A DNA stretch of 64,000 nt from Adineta vaga (Eukaryota > Animalia > Rotifera), in assembly GCA_021613535.1 (NCBI GenBank), contig CP075495.1, forward strand, positions 10,478,001 to 10,542,000. The letters run 5' to 3'. Shown piece after piece: positions 12,595 through 24,886 of the stretch. The notes below the pieces were generated by a model. The model saw only the letters and a list, made by a program, of their open reading frames with translations, did no database searches and was not told the DNA's origin. Each line of letters begins with the position of its first letter. The first letter of the stretch is position 1. Position numbers and translations under genes: made by a program.

Positions 12595-15500
12595 CTTTGA
12601 CTTCGAATTGTATCTATTTCAAAATCGAAAAAACATACGTTTTAGTTATTCTTTTATATCATATATACGAATGCGATAAATTATATTTCATTATGACTTT
12701 TCGCTTGAGTGATTTCTTCATTTTCTTTTTCTTTTTCGAAACAATTCATAAGAGAAAGAACTGATCGACACATTTTTGCAGGGCAAAACAAGTCGCTTTT
12801 TTCCTAGTTTAAATCAAAGTGTATTCTCGTTCTTATTTCACATGATTCTAGTTGAAAAAAAGTTTCTCATTGTAGATAAGAGAACCATATGAGTAAAATT
12901 ATTTCAAGTGCCTTCAAAAAAAACTATCAAATAAATTAAATTTTTGTTTTTTCTCCAAAAAAAATGAGTAGTACTTTTCTCTTTTTTTCTTTTCCTTTTT
13001 TTTCATATTAACACGCAATAGTCTAGAACTACTATCAAAATTTTATATAATAGAAAAAAATCGGTAATGATACTTAACTATGCATCCAACTATCGTTAGG
13101 TTTAATCGAATACAAGAAACATTCAACATACGTTACGACGTAGACGGCAAATATTGAGATTTTATTTTCTGTGAATATCGTATAAAACAAAACGGGACTT
13201 TTTATACTGAGAAAATTTCATGTCTATATGTCACTGAAGTAAATATTAGCATTATATTTATCTATATAATTAACAGTTTGATTATAAGTCATCATAAAAG
13301 GAAAACAAGCTATTTTTTTTCCAAACAACAAACTAGAAAACGCGTAGGAGCTCCACCTGTACAAAAGTATCTAAATATGTACTAAATAGAAAATGACAAA
13401 CATTTTTAATGTAATTCCATTGTTCCATCGTGTGTCGATTGTTCAATAATTCTCAAAATGTATTAACTATGATAATAGTATTCTTTTACAGACTTAGATC
13501 TATGTAATTACTTATTCCATATGATAAGTCTTTGACTATATAATAGAAAAAGAGGAGTGTGTTTTCTATCGAGAATGTTTAACGACAAAAACCTCTTTAT
13601 ACCGGTTTGATATGAAACGAATGTTTATGCATAGTAATCCATGGAAAATGATATACATCTACTGAAAATAGTATAGAATATCGATTGATAGATTTATTCA
13701 TACTCACGTTTGAAGAATATATACTACTAATAAATAATGTATTATTTAATGGTTAATATCAATTTACATCCATGTGCCCAAACAATAAAGATCTAATTTC
13801 TAATAAAGAATTTCACATGTGTCGCAGCACTTTTCTCTGATGTTTTTCTGTATTTATATGTGAAATGTTTACTCATCGGGTTAAATATCAGCCTTTTTTG
13901 TTTCGTCAAAATAGAGACGTATTGCTTTGTAGGACTTGAAAAAAGAAGTGAACTCTTCGTACGATTCTTATTTTTCATTTGTAAACGTGTTATTAGAAGA
14001 GAAAAACGGAAGTTTTCTTTACAAAGTTGACAATATTTCGTTAAACTACATCGACATTAACACATTAGTTGGTTATTTTCATATTCTAATTAAATTGAAC
14101 GGAATTTTACGAACAATACAGTCATGAATTTTCACAAATATTCTAAACATAACAAAAGTAAAGTGTTTGAAACAAAATAAACAATTCGTTTTTAACCCCT
14201 TTTCAGGTACTTTCTTCATTTCTGTAGTTGATGGACTTTTTATTAATTGAAATTTTTGAATTTAATCATTTTCTGAAAGTATGAGAACTATATGTATAAA
14301 ATATTGATTTCGTCGTACGTCTCCTAATGAACAGATTGAAAAAAACAGGAAAATTTGTTTTTCAGAGTAAGTGGCGCCAAGGTTACGTTTTTCTTCACGA
14401 AGTTCGTTCTTTAAGGAAATTGACTTATGATAATCCAAGAATCAATCTATTACAAATGTTCGTCTACTGTTTCTAACGATCGAACTTTATGTTACACACT
14501 AACTTGGTTCCTTATACCTCAACTATTTTATACAATCACATAGTTAAAAGTTTTTTTAGATACAGTAGAAACCAGAGGCGTTCTGTTTCTCATCTGTTTT
14601 AAAATTCATCTTAACTTACCTCAAGTTCAAATAAGCTCGATCAAATTTAGATAAAAAAATTGTGATTGTGTTCTATATAATGCTGTCGTCGATTTGTTTA
14701 GAAATCAATGTTGGATAGTCTAATGTCGAAACACGTGATCAACAATATTTATTCAATTAAAAAGACTGATAGATAGAAGAACAAACCTCGTTTGAATCCA
14801 AACGATTTCTCTCTCATAGAATTTAAAAAATATATTGATAGAGTTGCCGAAAAGTACTTGAATGTAATGAAGAATTCTATTCAATGAAGAAAAAGAACTG
14901 AATGTAAATAATGTACCGAGAACAATAAACCTTGGCTGACTAAGAAGAAAAAATTCATTTTATCTTGATTATATGTTAAAGTAAATGCTGAAATGCAAAT
15001 ATATGATTCACAGTAAAGTATTTGATAAAGAATATTATTAAGCATTCCTCTGTCAAATTTACCTGTTGCTAATGAATTAGAAATCGATTCATTAGAATTC
15101 TACAGACTTTCTTCAATGTCATGTGAATCGATTTCATTGAAATTATAAGGCACCACTTACAAACCAAATATTTGTTTTCTTTGATTCTATGATGAATTTC
15201 TTCAACTGATCATAGCATTTCCTTGGAATAAATAGTGCACATTATGAATTTAATGATCTATTATATTCATAATCGATCTTTTGTTGTCAACAATTCGATA
15301 AATTTAATAAACAATACTTTCTATTTCAATCGCATTTTCATCCAGTTGTATTGATTTGCTTTGTTTTTCCTACAAGAAAATCACTTTGAATAGCAAAATC
15401 TAATGAGAAGATTAGACGAGAAGAATTCTAGAAAAAGATTAATAATAATGGTTTATTTGAAGAAGAAAAACTTCGCATTTATTCACATGCAATCAAAATA

Positions 15501-16732
15501 CTTTACAATCGTCAAGAAATTCCACGTCTTCGAAAACATTGTACATCTATTATATTTCATAGCAATCGATCTATGGTATATCATTCTTTTCTAGTGATAT
15601 TCTAATATGGATCATAGTTCTTCACTCGACGAATTTGAGTAGACATTATAATGCTCGTGATTACATAGAAAATTCTTGGTCAGATTTGATCACTTTCATA
15701 GAACAAACAGCATTTGTAAATAACTTGAAGCTTTTTCTGTTATATTTACTGAGAGAATTGTTTATATTAAAAAAACTCATTGCTTTTTTAATTCAATTGC
15801 GAATCAAACCTATGAAGTAAGATCGACTAGAAGTTTTATTTTCACATACTTACTATGTTTATAGAAACATACACAATTATATTTGATATTAGAAGCTTTG
15901 TATTATCTGAGAAAGGTAATTAATAACAGAAAGAAATATTGAAATAATTATTTACTTTAAGATTATTCATTGTATAGTAGATTGGTTTTATTCTTCAGTA
16001 TTTTTTCTATGAAATTGAATTGATGAATTTTTTCGTAATTCTTATTTACAAGTAAATGACTTAATTCAACTTTTGTTTCTATAATGAACATGTTAACACT
16101 CGTCGAGAATGACTCGTTTGACCCTCAACTGAAGAACTAACAAAAAGGACTTTACTGATTATTTCTGCTGAAAAGTGGTTAGTTTTGAAAACGAATTTTT
16201 TATCATTTATGGAATACTGCTGACATATCAATCGATAGACTATTAGACAATAAATAATGCTATAGTTCCTTGAATTCGCAAAGTATTTTCTGAAAAAATA
16301 AAAAGAGTATTCTGAGCATCCTTACATTCCAAAATATCATGGATTCCTACACTATCATTATTATCAGATGATATCATTTTGCTTTCATCATTTCCTTGTG
16401 AATATTTGTTAATATTACTGTAATATTTAGAAACTTTAACTTTGTGAGTTTTATGATGTACACAACTGAGATTCTGACATGGATAAGAAAAGTACAGTAA
16501 TCATAATGCAACAAAATGTCAGAGAAACAAGCAAACATCTACATAGATTTCTAAACACAATCATCGTCATTATATCGTTGTTTATACAAGAAATTGAAAG
16601 TAGATCTTTCGAATGCTTTAGTGTGTATTTCGCGCTGACCGGTATAGTAGGAGGAATTGTATATAATTGATATCACATCCACACCCTCCATAGTAAGATG
16701 AAGTGTACCTGTAACGAATACCGATTGGCACA

Positions 16733-16907
16733 TAGTGGCAGCGTCAAGGGTGGCTAGGGTGGGCTGAGCCCATCCTGATTTAAAAATCTTTTGCAAAAAG
16801 CTGATTTTTATATTACAAAAAGGCACGATTTCTATAGTTGAGCCCATTCTGAATATTTTTTGGATAGGCTTAGCCCACCCTGAGTGCAAATTCTGGCGCC
16901 GCCGCTA
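16733..16907. mobile_element. 175-bp non-autonomous hAT-type MITE
   Basis: Perfect 8-bp direct repeat TTGGCACA at 16725-16732 and 16908-16915. Imperfect TIRs TAGTGGCAGCGTCA / TGGCGCCGCCGCTA (11/14). Subterminal GGGTGGGCTGAGCCCATCC and AGCCCACCC motifs. GC-rich relative to the window. Confidence 0.88.
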
Positions 16908-17830
16908 TTGGCACACGGAAGGAAATGCAGCACACAGATCATGTATGTTTAAAATTTCTACGCAGACTGAATAGTACCCTCTGTGGTATGACAGTTGTGG
17001 GCCATACGGTACACCCTAGTATAATACTTTAGGATCAACTGAAATCTGCCGAAATCAATTTGCGAATAATTCATTGTTTCTACTTATCATCTTTATAACC
17101 TCTCAGCCGCCTACTTAACCACCCACATCTATCGTCTCATCATCAAACTACTATCAATTTCCAATGTTTGCAATAGTTTTGAACAAAATGTTTTTTGACC
17201 TTTGACCTCTCTCCCACACCCTATCTTTCTTTTGGTATGGACGCTGACAGCGATAACTCATCAGATCATTATCAAAAAGTATACATTGTGGCGCTAGACG
17301 TTTTGACAATTTTCCCAGAGCTCTAATACATAACATTTTGGTCCATTTTCTATATACAATTTTTCTGTGAAATTAGATTTTTGGGCACAAGTCTTGTTTT
17401 TGAGATAATCACGCAAAAAGACCTAGTGGCCAATCTGATGATTCACATTCTACGTTCATAATGCAGCGGCATCCTTACAAAAATCATCCCTATAGCTCAA
17501 TAACAGTTTTTGAATAAAAACCAAATATATAAATCGATAGAAAAGAACTTGCTTTATCTACTGATGTAAAAATTATTTAGGGCCCATGTCAAAACGTTTT
17601 AGGACCGATCAGAAACGACTTTCTATTGATGCGCTTTTTTCTTTGTTATTCGTTCTGTTAGCGTCCGTATCATTAATTCATTTTGAACTGATCGATCTGC
17701 TTAAGGCATAAGAGTGTTTATCAATTTTTTGTTCTCTACAATCACTTGATCATTCTATTTAACTCATTCTTCAAATTTACACATGAAAACTTTTCTTTTT
17801 GTTTAGAAATATCATTATAAATTGAATATC

Positions 17831-19279
17831 ATGTCAGAATCCAGATCAAGTTCAAAAAGTCACGAATTTTTAATCAAAATATAATGGAACATATGATTGA
17901 TGATTTATTTGAAAATGATTTATCAATAAATTTATCAAACTATAGTCGTTTATATGATTGTATCAAACAATGGTTATTAACGCCAGATCTTTTAACGATG
18001 AACGAAAAATCTATACAGCTGAACTTTTATTTAAATTGTATGAAAGTTTACAACCAACAAATTCCTAAAACATTATATTATAGAGATGATTATAAAGCGG
18101 AAATATTCAAGAATATATTTCAAGGATTAATGCCTGACTTTTGCTTGGTGAACTTTTACATTATTTACGAATACTGCTTGATTATTCACCAAAATCTCGA
18201 AATTATATAATTGGTGCTATTACAGATTTTCATTATATACGATATGGTAAAGTTGTGAGATCAAATGATGATCATAATTTTACATATGAAGCATCGACAA
18301 AGCCTATTAATAATCCAAGTGAATTTTTACTAGATTATTTAGCAAAATTCTTTACAATGGATTCATCACAATTAGGATTTGATACATTTGTTCAATGACC
18401 TAAAAATATTCAAATTCACAACACTTTAATAGGAATTGGTGCTAATTCGATTGTAATGAATTGTTTTATGGACAAAAATGAAACTAATCGATATGCTCTT
18501 AAAATAACGAATAAATCTGTTGATAGAGAAGTTTTTATTTACAGAAAATTATACAACAATGAATACAATATCGAAAAAGTTCATCAATATGCTTTGGTTT
18601 TCTTGCATCCACCTGGAAAAATTATATCAAGTATAAATTTATTGAATAATCTTATTATTATATGGGATCAATTAAAACCTGGGCACAGAAATAACATTGT
18701 ACATTGCGATATTCGAAAATCGAATATCATTGAAATATTTCATAATCATCAAGCCAAGAGGTATGTTAAACAATAACTACTCATACGCCATTGTGTGAAT
18801 TTATCTTTTTCTTTTTTCAATAATTAATTATAAATATTTTTTTTTCTTTTGTATGAACAAATAGCTCTGATATTTTAATAATTGATTGGCGGAGTGCAAG
18901 TGAAGTTGGTTTCGATCAAGAATATTGTGGAACCTTGTCAACCGCTTCGAAGTATATACTTGATCGTTTCATTTATAAAAGAAATGAAAATATCCTATGT
19001 TTACCAATTGACGATTGTATTTCATTCATGAAAGTAGTCCTATTGGAAATACTTCCAAAAGAAATCAAAGAAAAAGTTTTAGCAAAGGTGAAACAAGGTT
19101 CTTATTCTGGTATTAATTTAGTGTATGAACAAATATATAAAATATATGCAAATGAACAATCGATTATATTACGAGTTATTCAATTTTTGGAAAAACATCG
19201 ATCGATATTAAATAATGAAACTTTAATTTCTTATATGGATCATTGTCTAAAAAGAAGATTATTGTTTACGTCAACTTAA
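17831..19279 (+). pseudogene. Disrupted Crinkler/fungal-type protein kinase with a putative N-terminal restriction-endonuclease-like region
   Basis: Fragments read GELLHYLRILLDYSPKSRNYIIGAITD, G-loop IGIGANSIV, ALKIT, HCDIRKSNII, then after intron 18761-18864 ILIIDW, YCGTLSTAS and PIDDCISF. In-frame TGA at 18396-18398; frameshifts near 17880 and 18140-18150. Confidence 0.72.
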
Positions 19280-19928
19280 AAATCAACAAGCAGATATTGA
19301 TTATTTTCTCCAACTAGAAGAAAATTTAATTTTATCTTAACCATTTGTTATGTAGTCTATTTTCGAGGTGATCTTTTTTTGAAAAGTATATTTTATTATA
19401 TCATTATGAACATAAATCGCTATTCGTTGTTTTCTTTTCGATTTCTCATCTGTTAATTAAAATAAAATATTTGAACAAAAATCTTGAAATATTTTCTTTA
19501 TTTCGTTTACAAAAATAGTTCGCATATAGACAAAGAGATTCATATTATTGTTAAAGTTCAATAACAAGTTTATGGTATGCTGTATAAATATAAAACAAAT
19601 TATTAAAAACAATTGTAAAACAATATAAAGTATAACTGACACTATTAGTAGAGTTTATTGAAAAAGGTCGATGAAGAAATGTCATTAGTCAATGATAATT
19701 TTATTTTTTGATTGTATTACTTATATATATAGGAGAAAAGAATATATATTTCTGTTAATAAACTTAGATGTGATCGATTCGATAGCACCGTAAAAGAGAA
19801 AAATAAAAGTGTGCATTTTTCTAGAATTATAGAATAATGGTGAATCTGGTTCTTTATATTTCTTTTTCAGAGGCTAGTAATTATTTTTGCTCTCGTTGTG
19901 CAGAACTTAGTGGACGCAGGAGAAATAA

Positions 19929-21208
19929 ATGGATCAACGATATTTTCAAGATGCAATCGCCAGAATTAGAAAAAGATATTCCAAGAACTAAAACTCAAAA
20001 AGCACTAAGTATCTGAAGAACCTTTTGCGACACAAAAAGCTCACTTGATGATGCAGTTTATGCAATCAGCGAAGGTATCTAACTTCAACAAATATCACTT
20101 AAAATACGTATGTTATTGTATTTACAGGAAGATGATTATCATCATGGTGAACGTGAAGTGGCTGATGATAAAAATACAAAATTACCTACTCTTAATGAGA
20201 AGGTACATTTTCTTCTTTCTTTCTCAACGTACACCTCTAAAGTTCTCATTTTGTGACGCGATGATCTCATGAAATGTACATCGGAAAACATTAACTGGAA
20301 CAACAGACGAACATAGCGAGATTCGAATGAGAACATTTGTTTTCCCAATTAGATCATGACATTCCGTTCGTATACAGAATGTGTTGAATAAAGACAATTT
20401 TACTTTGACGCTTTCATCAATCTTTTTACAGATGAGAGAACACATGATGATGCACAGGCAAAATTAAGAACATTCATTTCTTCTAAACAATTTATACTTC
20501 TCGTCCCAGAAACATTAGAATTCATCGTTATCGCATCGTATTCTGTAGTCGATAGAAGCAGAAGTTTGTTAAGACGGAATTAACAATCGACCTAATATAT
20601 CCGACGATGATCTATTCATCGAAAAAGGGAACATTATCGAATGTACCTGTATATATGTTAATGCTTCTTTGTACGCTAGTTGATCTAATTATCAGTTCTG
20701 AAAACTTTTCACCTTCAACGGCTGAAGAACAGGTAGTTTTTGAACAGATTCAAATATTTCATAATAATAACTAATTTACTTGTTTTTTTTTCTCGTTTTA
20801 GAAAGACTCAGAACAATTTGCAGCAAAAATATATGGCCAAACAAATTTCAGTAGCAGAGCGTTTCTTTCCTATAGTTACATTCATTATGTGATAACAATC
20901 ATTGCTACTGCAATGAGTCATTTCATTCTTTATCTCCTCTCGATTCTTGTTCGTCGATTTATTTAGTAGTGTAATTTATTCAATGATTCTTTTTGTTTTT
21001 TAGAAATCAGAAATCTCACTTAGATCATTTGAATATTCTCATTCGATCATCACCAATTCTAGCTAGAAATCGTTCGATGACGATGATTGCTTCGAATGAA
21101 AATAATTATCATCATAATGATGAGAACGAAAAAGATGTCTATGAAAACCTTTCAACAATTGATAAACAAAAATCCATTCAAGATGTTATCGATGTTGTTC
21201 GTATCTAG
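19929..21208 (+). pseudogene. Probable decayed multi-exon gene of unknown function
   Basis: Exon-like blocks bounded by AG/GT sites (about 20128-20202, 20696-20732, 21004-21208) with coding-like composition, but no continuous frame can be built and no family is recognised. Confidence 0.3.
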
Positions 21209-21377
21209 AAATTGATTTCTTCAATGTTTATCAGTTTTGATTTGTTCATGATGTCGATCGTTTTGACATTAATAAAGATCATTGAGTTCACCTTTTTCTT
21301 TCTATTCTCTTTGTTTTCATTTCTCATATTGAATAACCAAAGATATGCATCAGATGAATTGGATCAGCAACATTAAA

Positions 21378-22043
21378 ATGAAACAGAGTCAAGTAAATTC
21401 TCAACATGAGGAGAAACATATCTATTTATATATATAATCTAGAATAATAATACTAATATTGAACAAGAACATGGAAATGAAAGAAATTCAAAACTAGTTC
21501 ATAGAAGAAAACTTATTGTTTTCATATTTATTGCTATTATTGCTGGATTAAGTTTAATAGCAGCAATCATCCTTGTTTCAATCGGTAAGAATACTTCATT
21601 TAATTTCAATATATTTTTATGGATATTTTTTGTATACAGAATTCAATCAAATTTATCGTCGATCTCGTGAAATTTCAGGTAAATAACTAGGTACTTATCC
21701 CTCCTAACTTCTCGAATTATAAGAGTATCAGTCGATGAATATTTTCGACAAATTTATTAATCTTTTTCATGTATTCCTAAAATAAGTCATTTATAAAGCA
21801 AATTTTAACAGAAATTTCCTTATAATCTGTGTCTTCTTTTCAGAATTAGAACAGCAAACGTCGAATACTACAGATGCATCGATATTCAAGAATAGTACTA
21901 CATCATCAGTGTTAAATTCTATTATTATTACAAAAGATGTAGATACATCATTGATTAATACGAGTACAACAACAACAACTAGAGCAGCTTCTTCAATCCT
22001 AACGACAGTATCTCGATTCTTTTCAATGAATATGACAAACTAA
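21378..22043 (+). CDS. Small type II single-pass membrane protein with Ser/Thr-rich ectodomain; 4 exons (21378-21392, 21443-21584, 21640-21678, 21844-22043)
   Basis: Phase-consistent GT-AG junctions give MKQSQ-NNNTNIEQEHGNERNSKLVHRRK-LIVFIFIAIIAGLSLIAAIILVSI-EFNQ...STTTTTRAASS. In-frame upstream ATGs exist at 21345 and 21354. Missed by the ORF track. Confidence 0.65.
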
Positions 22044-22219
22044 TCTTTGTTTTTGTTTTTCAAAAAACCATTTCAATTCTGCAACAATTGTATTAAACAT
22101 CTAACATTATTAAATCCAATGAATTTTAACGTCTTTGTATTAAACCACTAGTAAAACTACGATATATATGTTAAAGATAAAGACAGCTTAATATCAAAAG
22201 ATATATTATAGTACATACT

Positions 22220-24886
22220 CTATTCTGAATGTCTTGATCTTCTCTTTGAATCATCACTGATAGAACTTTGTTTCCGAGTATAAAGATTTTTTCGTTCAGC
22301 TAATGTAAATACATAGTCTTTTAAAGCATTTCGTTTCATCCATATATAAATGAACATTGCCATAATACTAATCACTCCAAAAATAAGAAATAATCCAATC
22401 AATGATTCAACTCCCATTGAACTGTCTTCTTCTACTACATCAGAACAGATCTTTGTTTCAAACCATTTTTTTCTCAACGAATCAAGTTGACCTTTTTCAC
22501 GAAATAATAAAACATTTACATCGACATTTTCAACATATATCCATTGTTTTGGCATAACAATGCCGAATGAGCTTTTGTCAAAATCGGCACCAATCAATGT
22601 CAAGTTGCAATACATATTATTCGTCGCGTATGTTGCTACACCATTATCAATGAATGCTGCATCAATATTACTGTTGACAAGATTTTCAAAGAGCTCATTT
22701 ATAGAATTTAATGCAAAAAAATTTCGATTTCCACCCGAAATTTCTCGCAAGTAAAAATCTTCTACCGATGTACTCGTACGAATTCCAATACGGTTAAAAG
22801 ATAATTTACCATTCTTAATATCATCGATTCCAGAAACTGGATCCTTGGATTTTGATATCGTCAGATAAGAAGCTAGATTGGCAGTATACGTTGCAACAAA
22901 TACAATACTAACTATATAAAGGCCAACTGTTAGCAAGCGTCCAGCGGCTGTTCTTACATGAAAATCAGCACCGTATCCTACAATAACACCAAACGCATAC
23001 CATATTCCCATTGCTAATAATGAAGTAAAAGATCTGTGTTGTAATGCATCATTTTCTTTTTTTTCCAATAGACATACTAAAATACCAGCATAAATGTTGG
23101 TTATTAACAGTGTCAACCATAGATTACGTGAGAATGGTTTTAGAAATGATAAAAAATCAATACCTTCGTCAGGTGTTCGTCGCATAATAATACGTAATGA
23201 ATTATCAAATATTGAACTGGAAAAACTTACGATTTCTCGTCGTGCAGCAGTAATTTCAACATCACCTATCATCATATCATAGACACCTTTTGTGACGTCT
23301 TGTATCACTTCAGTATAAGTTTTATTTGCTGGTGCCAAAATAATTTGAGGTATAAATTTCATATTTTGTTGCAAGAGAGCAATCAGGTCAGGTATATATC
23401 CAATAAACTTCGTTGTATTTTGCCCGAAATCATCAGTTTCATAACTAACGATTGTGAATGGAATGGATTCCATAATAGCAATTCGTAATACTACACCTTC
23501 TAATACAGCTCGATCACTTGGAGGAACTGTTAAATCTCCCGGCCATACGATTACATTTGTACTTGTATATTGTTCCCAAGTATTTGCCGTAGCATATTTC
23601 AATACAGGTACGAAGCTAATACCAGTTGAAAGAAGTTGAGAATTTCGTGCAACATAATAAGTTCCATTCACTCGATCTGTTGTGTTCGAACTGAATTTGA
23701 TTGGGCCAGATACACCAAGAAAATCAATCTTATTAATTGCATCAAATAAATTACTTCTGCTCACAAAACGACGATTGAAACAATATGATGAACCTATTGT
23801 TGATGCACACAACAATGTCGAATTACTTGCATTCAATGAACAAATATCTAATAACGATAGAATCAATGTCCATGTAGCATCAAACGAAAACATCGCATAA
23901 TAATCGATGTTCAATACTCCGGGAAATGTTTCAGGTTCATATTGTTGCCATATAGTGTATACAGCAGTCAATAGTGTTGTATTAATTGGTGCATTAATGA
24001 CACTACCTGTCACTGGTTCAATTGTGAGCATTCCAATTAAATTTTGATAGAAAGTTCGATTAAAAGTACTCAATGAAATGCTTGAACTTAAGATCCATGT
24101 AAATTGTGGTCCAAGAACATTCTCATCAAGTGCATTTTGAATAATCGATGGAGTATGAATTGGATCAGCCCATAAGACTACGACTCGTGTTGAACTACTG
24201 GTCAATAATACCTTCAGATCACCTCGAATAATACGTGTTGTAACATCGAATATAATTGTTTGTCGTACGATTACTTGCCTGTCGCTAAACGCTTGAGTAA
24301 TTGTTTTTGCACCATTCGATCCATATGCATCATTTTGATAGATAATAATTGCTGATGTCCAGTTATATCGAGTGAATAATTTAGCAATAGCTATTGCAGC
24401 AGCATTATCGGGTGAAACTGTGCGATAAAATGCAGGATAAGAAATACGATCAGATAAATCAGGATTTGTTGCCGAATAGGATATTGCAGGAATATTAATT
24501 CTTGCAGCGAATGCAGCTATTGTTGGAATTTCTCTCGAAAGTGCTGGACCGACGATACCAGCAATAGTAGAACTTGATACTGCCTGACATGTACTGCTAA
24601 GAGCAGTTATTCTATTGCCATCAGTTTGAGCGACTTGCCATTGAATAAATTCTCCATCGATTCGCATATCATACTGTTGTGAAAGTATGATTGCTGCTTT
24701 GAACATTGCTCGTGAATGAACAGAAAATGAGGTTGGTTTTGATGTATTTTCTGCATCAGGAAAAAGACCTAATAATTGAATGTTGGAAGTGTTCGATGAC
24801 GGCCAAATTGCTGTAATAAATTGAATATGAACTTGTACGATAGTAAAGTAAAAGAATAAGTATCGTGACATCAAAGAGAAGAACAT
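22220..24886 (-). CDS. Intronless AvGluR1-type ionotropic glutamate receptor (LIVBP-like ATD, LBD, M1-P-M3-M4), copy 1
   Basis: 888 aa with signal peptide, GIVGP and LSDRISYPAFYRT in the ATD, ITAARREIVSFS in S1, gating motif TYTANLASYL and pore loop VIVGYGAD. Confidence 0.92.
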   Translation of the reverse strand: MFFSLMSRYLFFYFTIVQVHIQFITAIWPSSNTSNIQLLGLFPDAENTSKPTSFSVHSRAMFKAAIILSQQYDMRIDGEFIQWQVAQTDGNRITALSSTCQAVSSSTIAGIVGPALSREIPTIAAFAARINIPAISYSATNPDLSDRISYPAFYRTVSPDNAAAIAIAKLFTRYNWTSAIIIYQNDAYGSNGAKTITQAFSDRQVIVRQTIIFDVTTRIIRGDLKVLLTSSSTRVVVLWADPIHTPSIIQNALDENVLGPQFTWILSSSISLSTFNRTFYQNLIGMLTIEPVTGSVINAPINTTLLTAVYTIWQQYEPETFPGVLNIDYYAMFSFDATWTLILSLLDICSLNASNSTLLCASTIGSSYCFNRRFVSRSNLFDAINKIDFLGVSGPIKFSSNTTDRVNGTYYVARNSQLLSTGISFVPVLKYATANTWEQYTSTNVIVWPGDLTVPPSDRAVLEGVVLRIAIMESIPFTIVSYETDDFGQNTTKFIGYIPDLIALLQQNMKFIPQIILAPANKTYTEVIQDVTKGVYDMMIGDVEITAARREIVSFSSSIFDNSLRIIMRRTPDEGIDFLSFLKPFSRNLWLTLLITNIYAGILVCLLEKKENDALQHRSFTSLLAMGIWYAFGVIVGYGADFHVRTAAGRLLTVGLYIVSIVFVATYTANLASYLTISKSKDPVSGIDDIKNGKLSFNRIGIRTSTSVEDFYLREISGGNRNFFALNSINELFENLVNSNIDAAFIDNGVATYATNNMYCNLTLIGADFDKSSFGIVMPKQWIYVENVDVNVLLFREKGQLDSLRKKWFETKICSDVVEEDSSMGVESLIGLFLIFGVISIMAMFIYIWMKRNALKDYVFTLAERKNLYTRKQSSISDDSKRRSRHSE

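Noticed and set aside
14192-14210. TTAA-CCC start resembling a piggyBac end; a similar motif occurs near 16093
   Set aside because: I found no matching inverted terminus or transposase remnant.
16551-16889. 112-aa minus-strand ORF
   Set aside because: It starts inside the MITE and crosses its boundary, so it is a chance frame.
17150-17620. Transposon-like sequence with an 11-bp inverted match (ACGTTTTGACA near 17298 and 17588)
   Set aside because: No TSD or clear termini; too weak to call as an element.
22560-23900. Plus-strand ORFs overlapping iGluR copy 1, and similar antisense ORFs over the carboxypeptidases, WDFY3, iGluR copy 2 and SUCO
   Set aside because: These are antisense shadows of real coding sequence; they recur in both paralogs only because the sense genes are duplicated.
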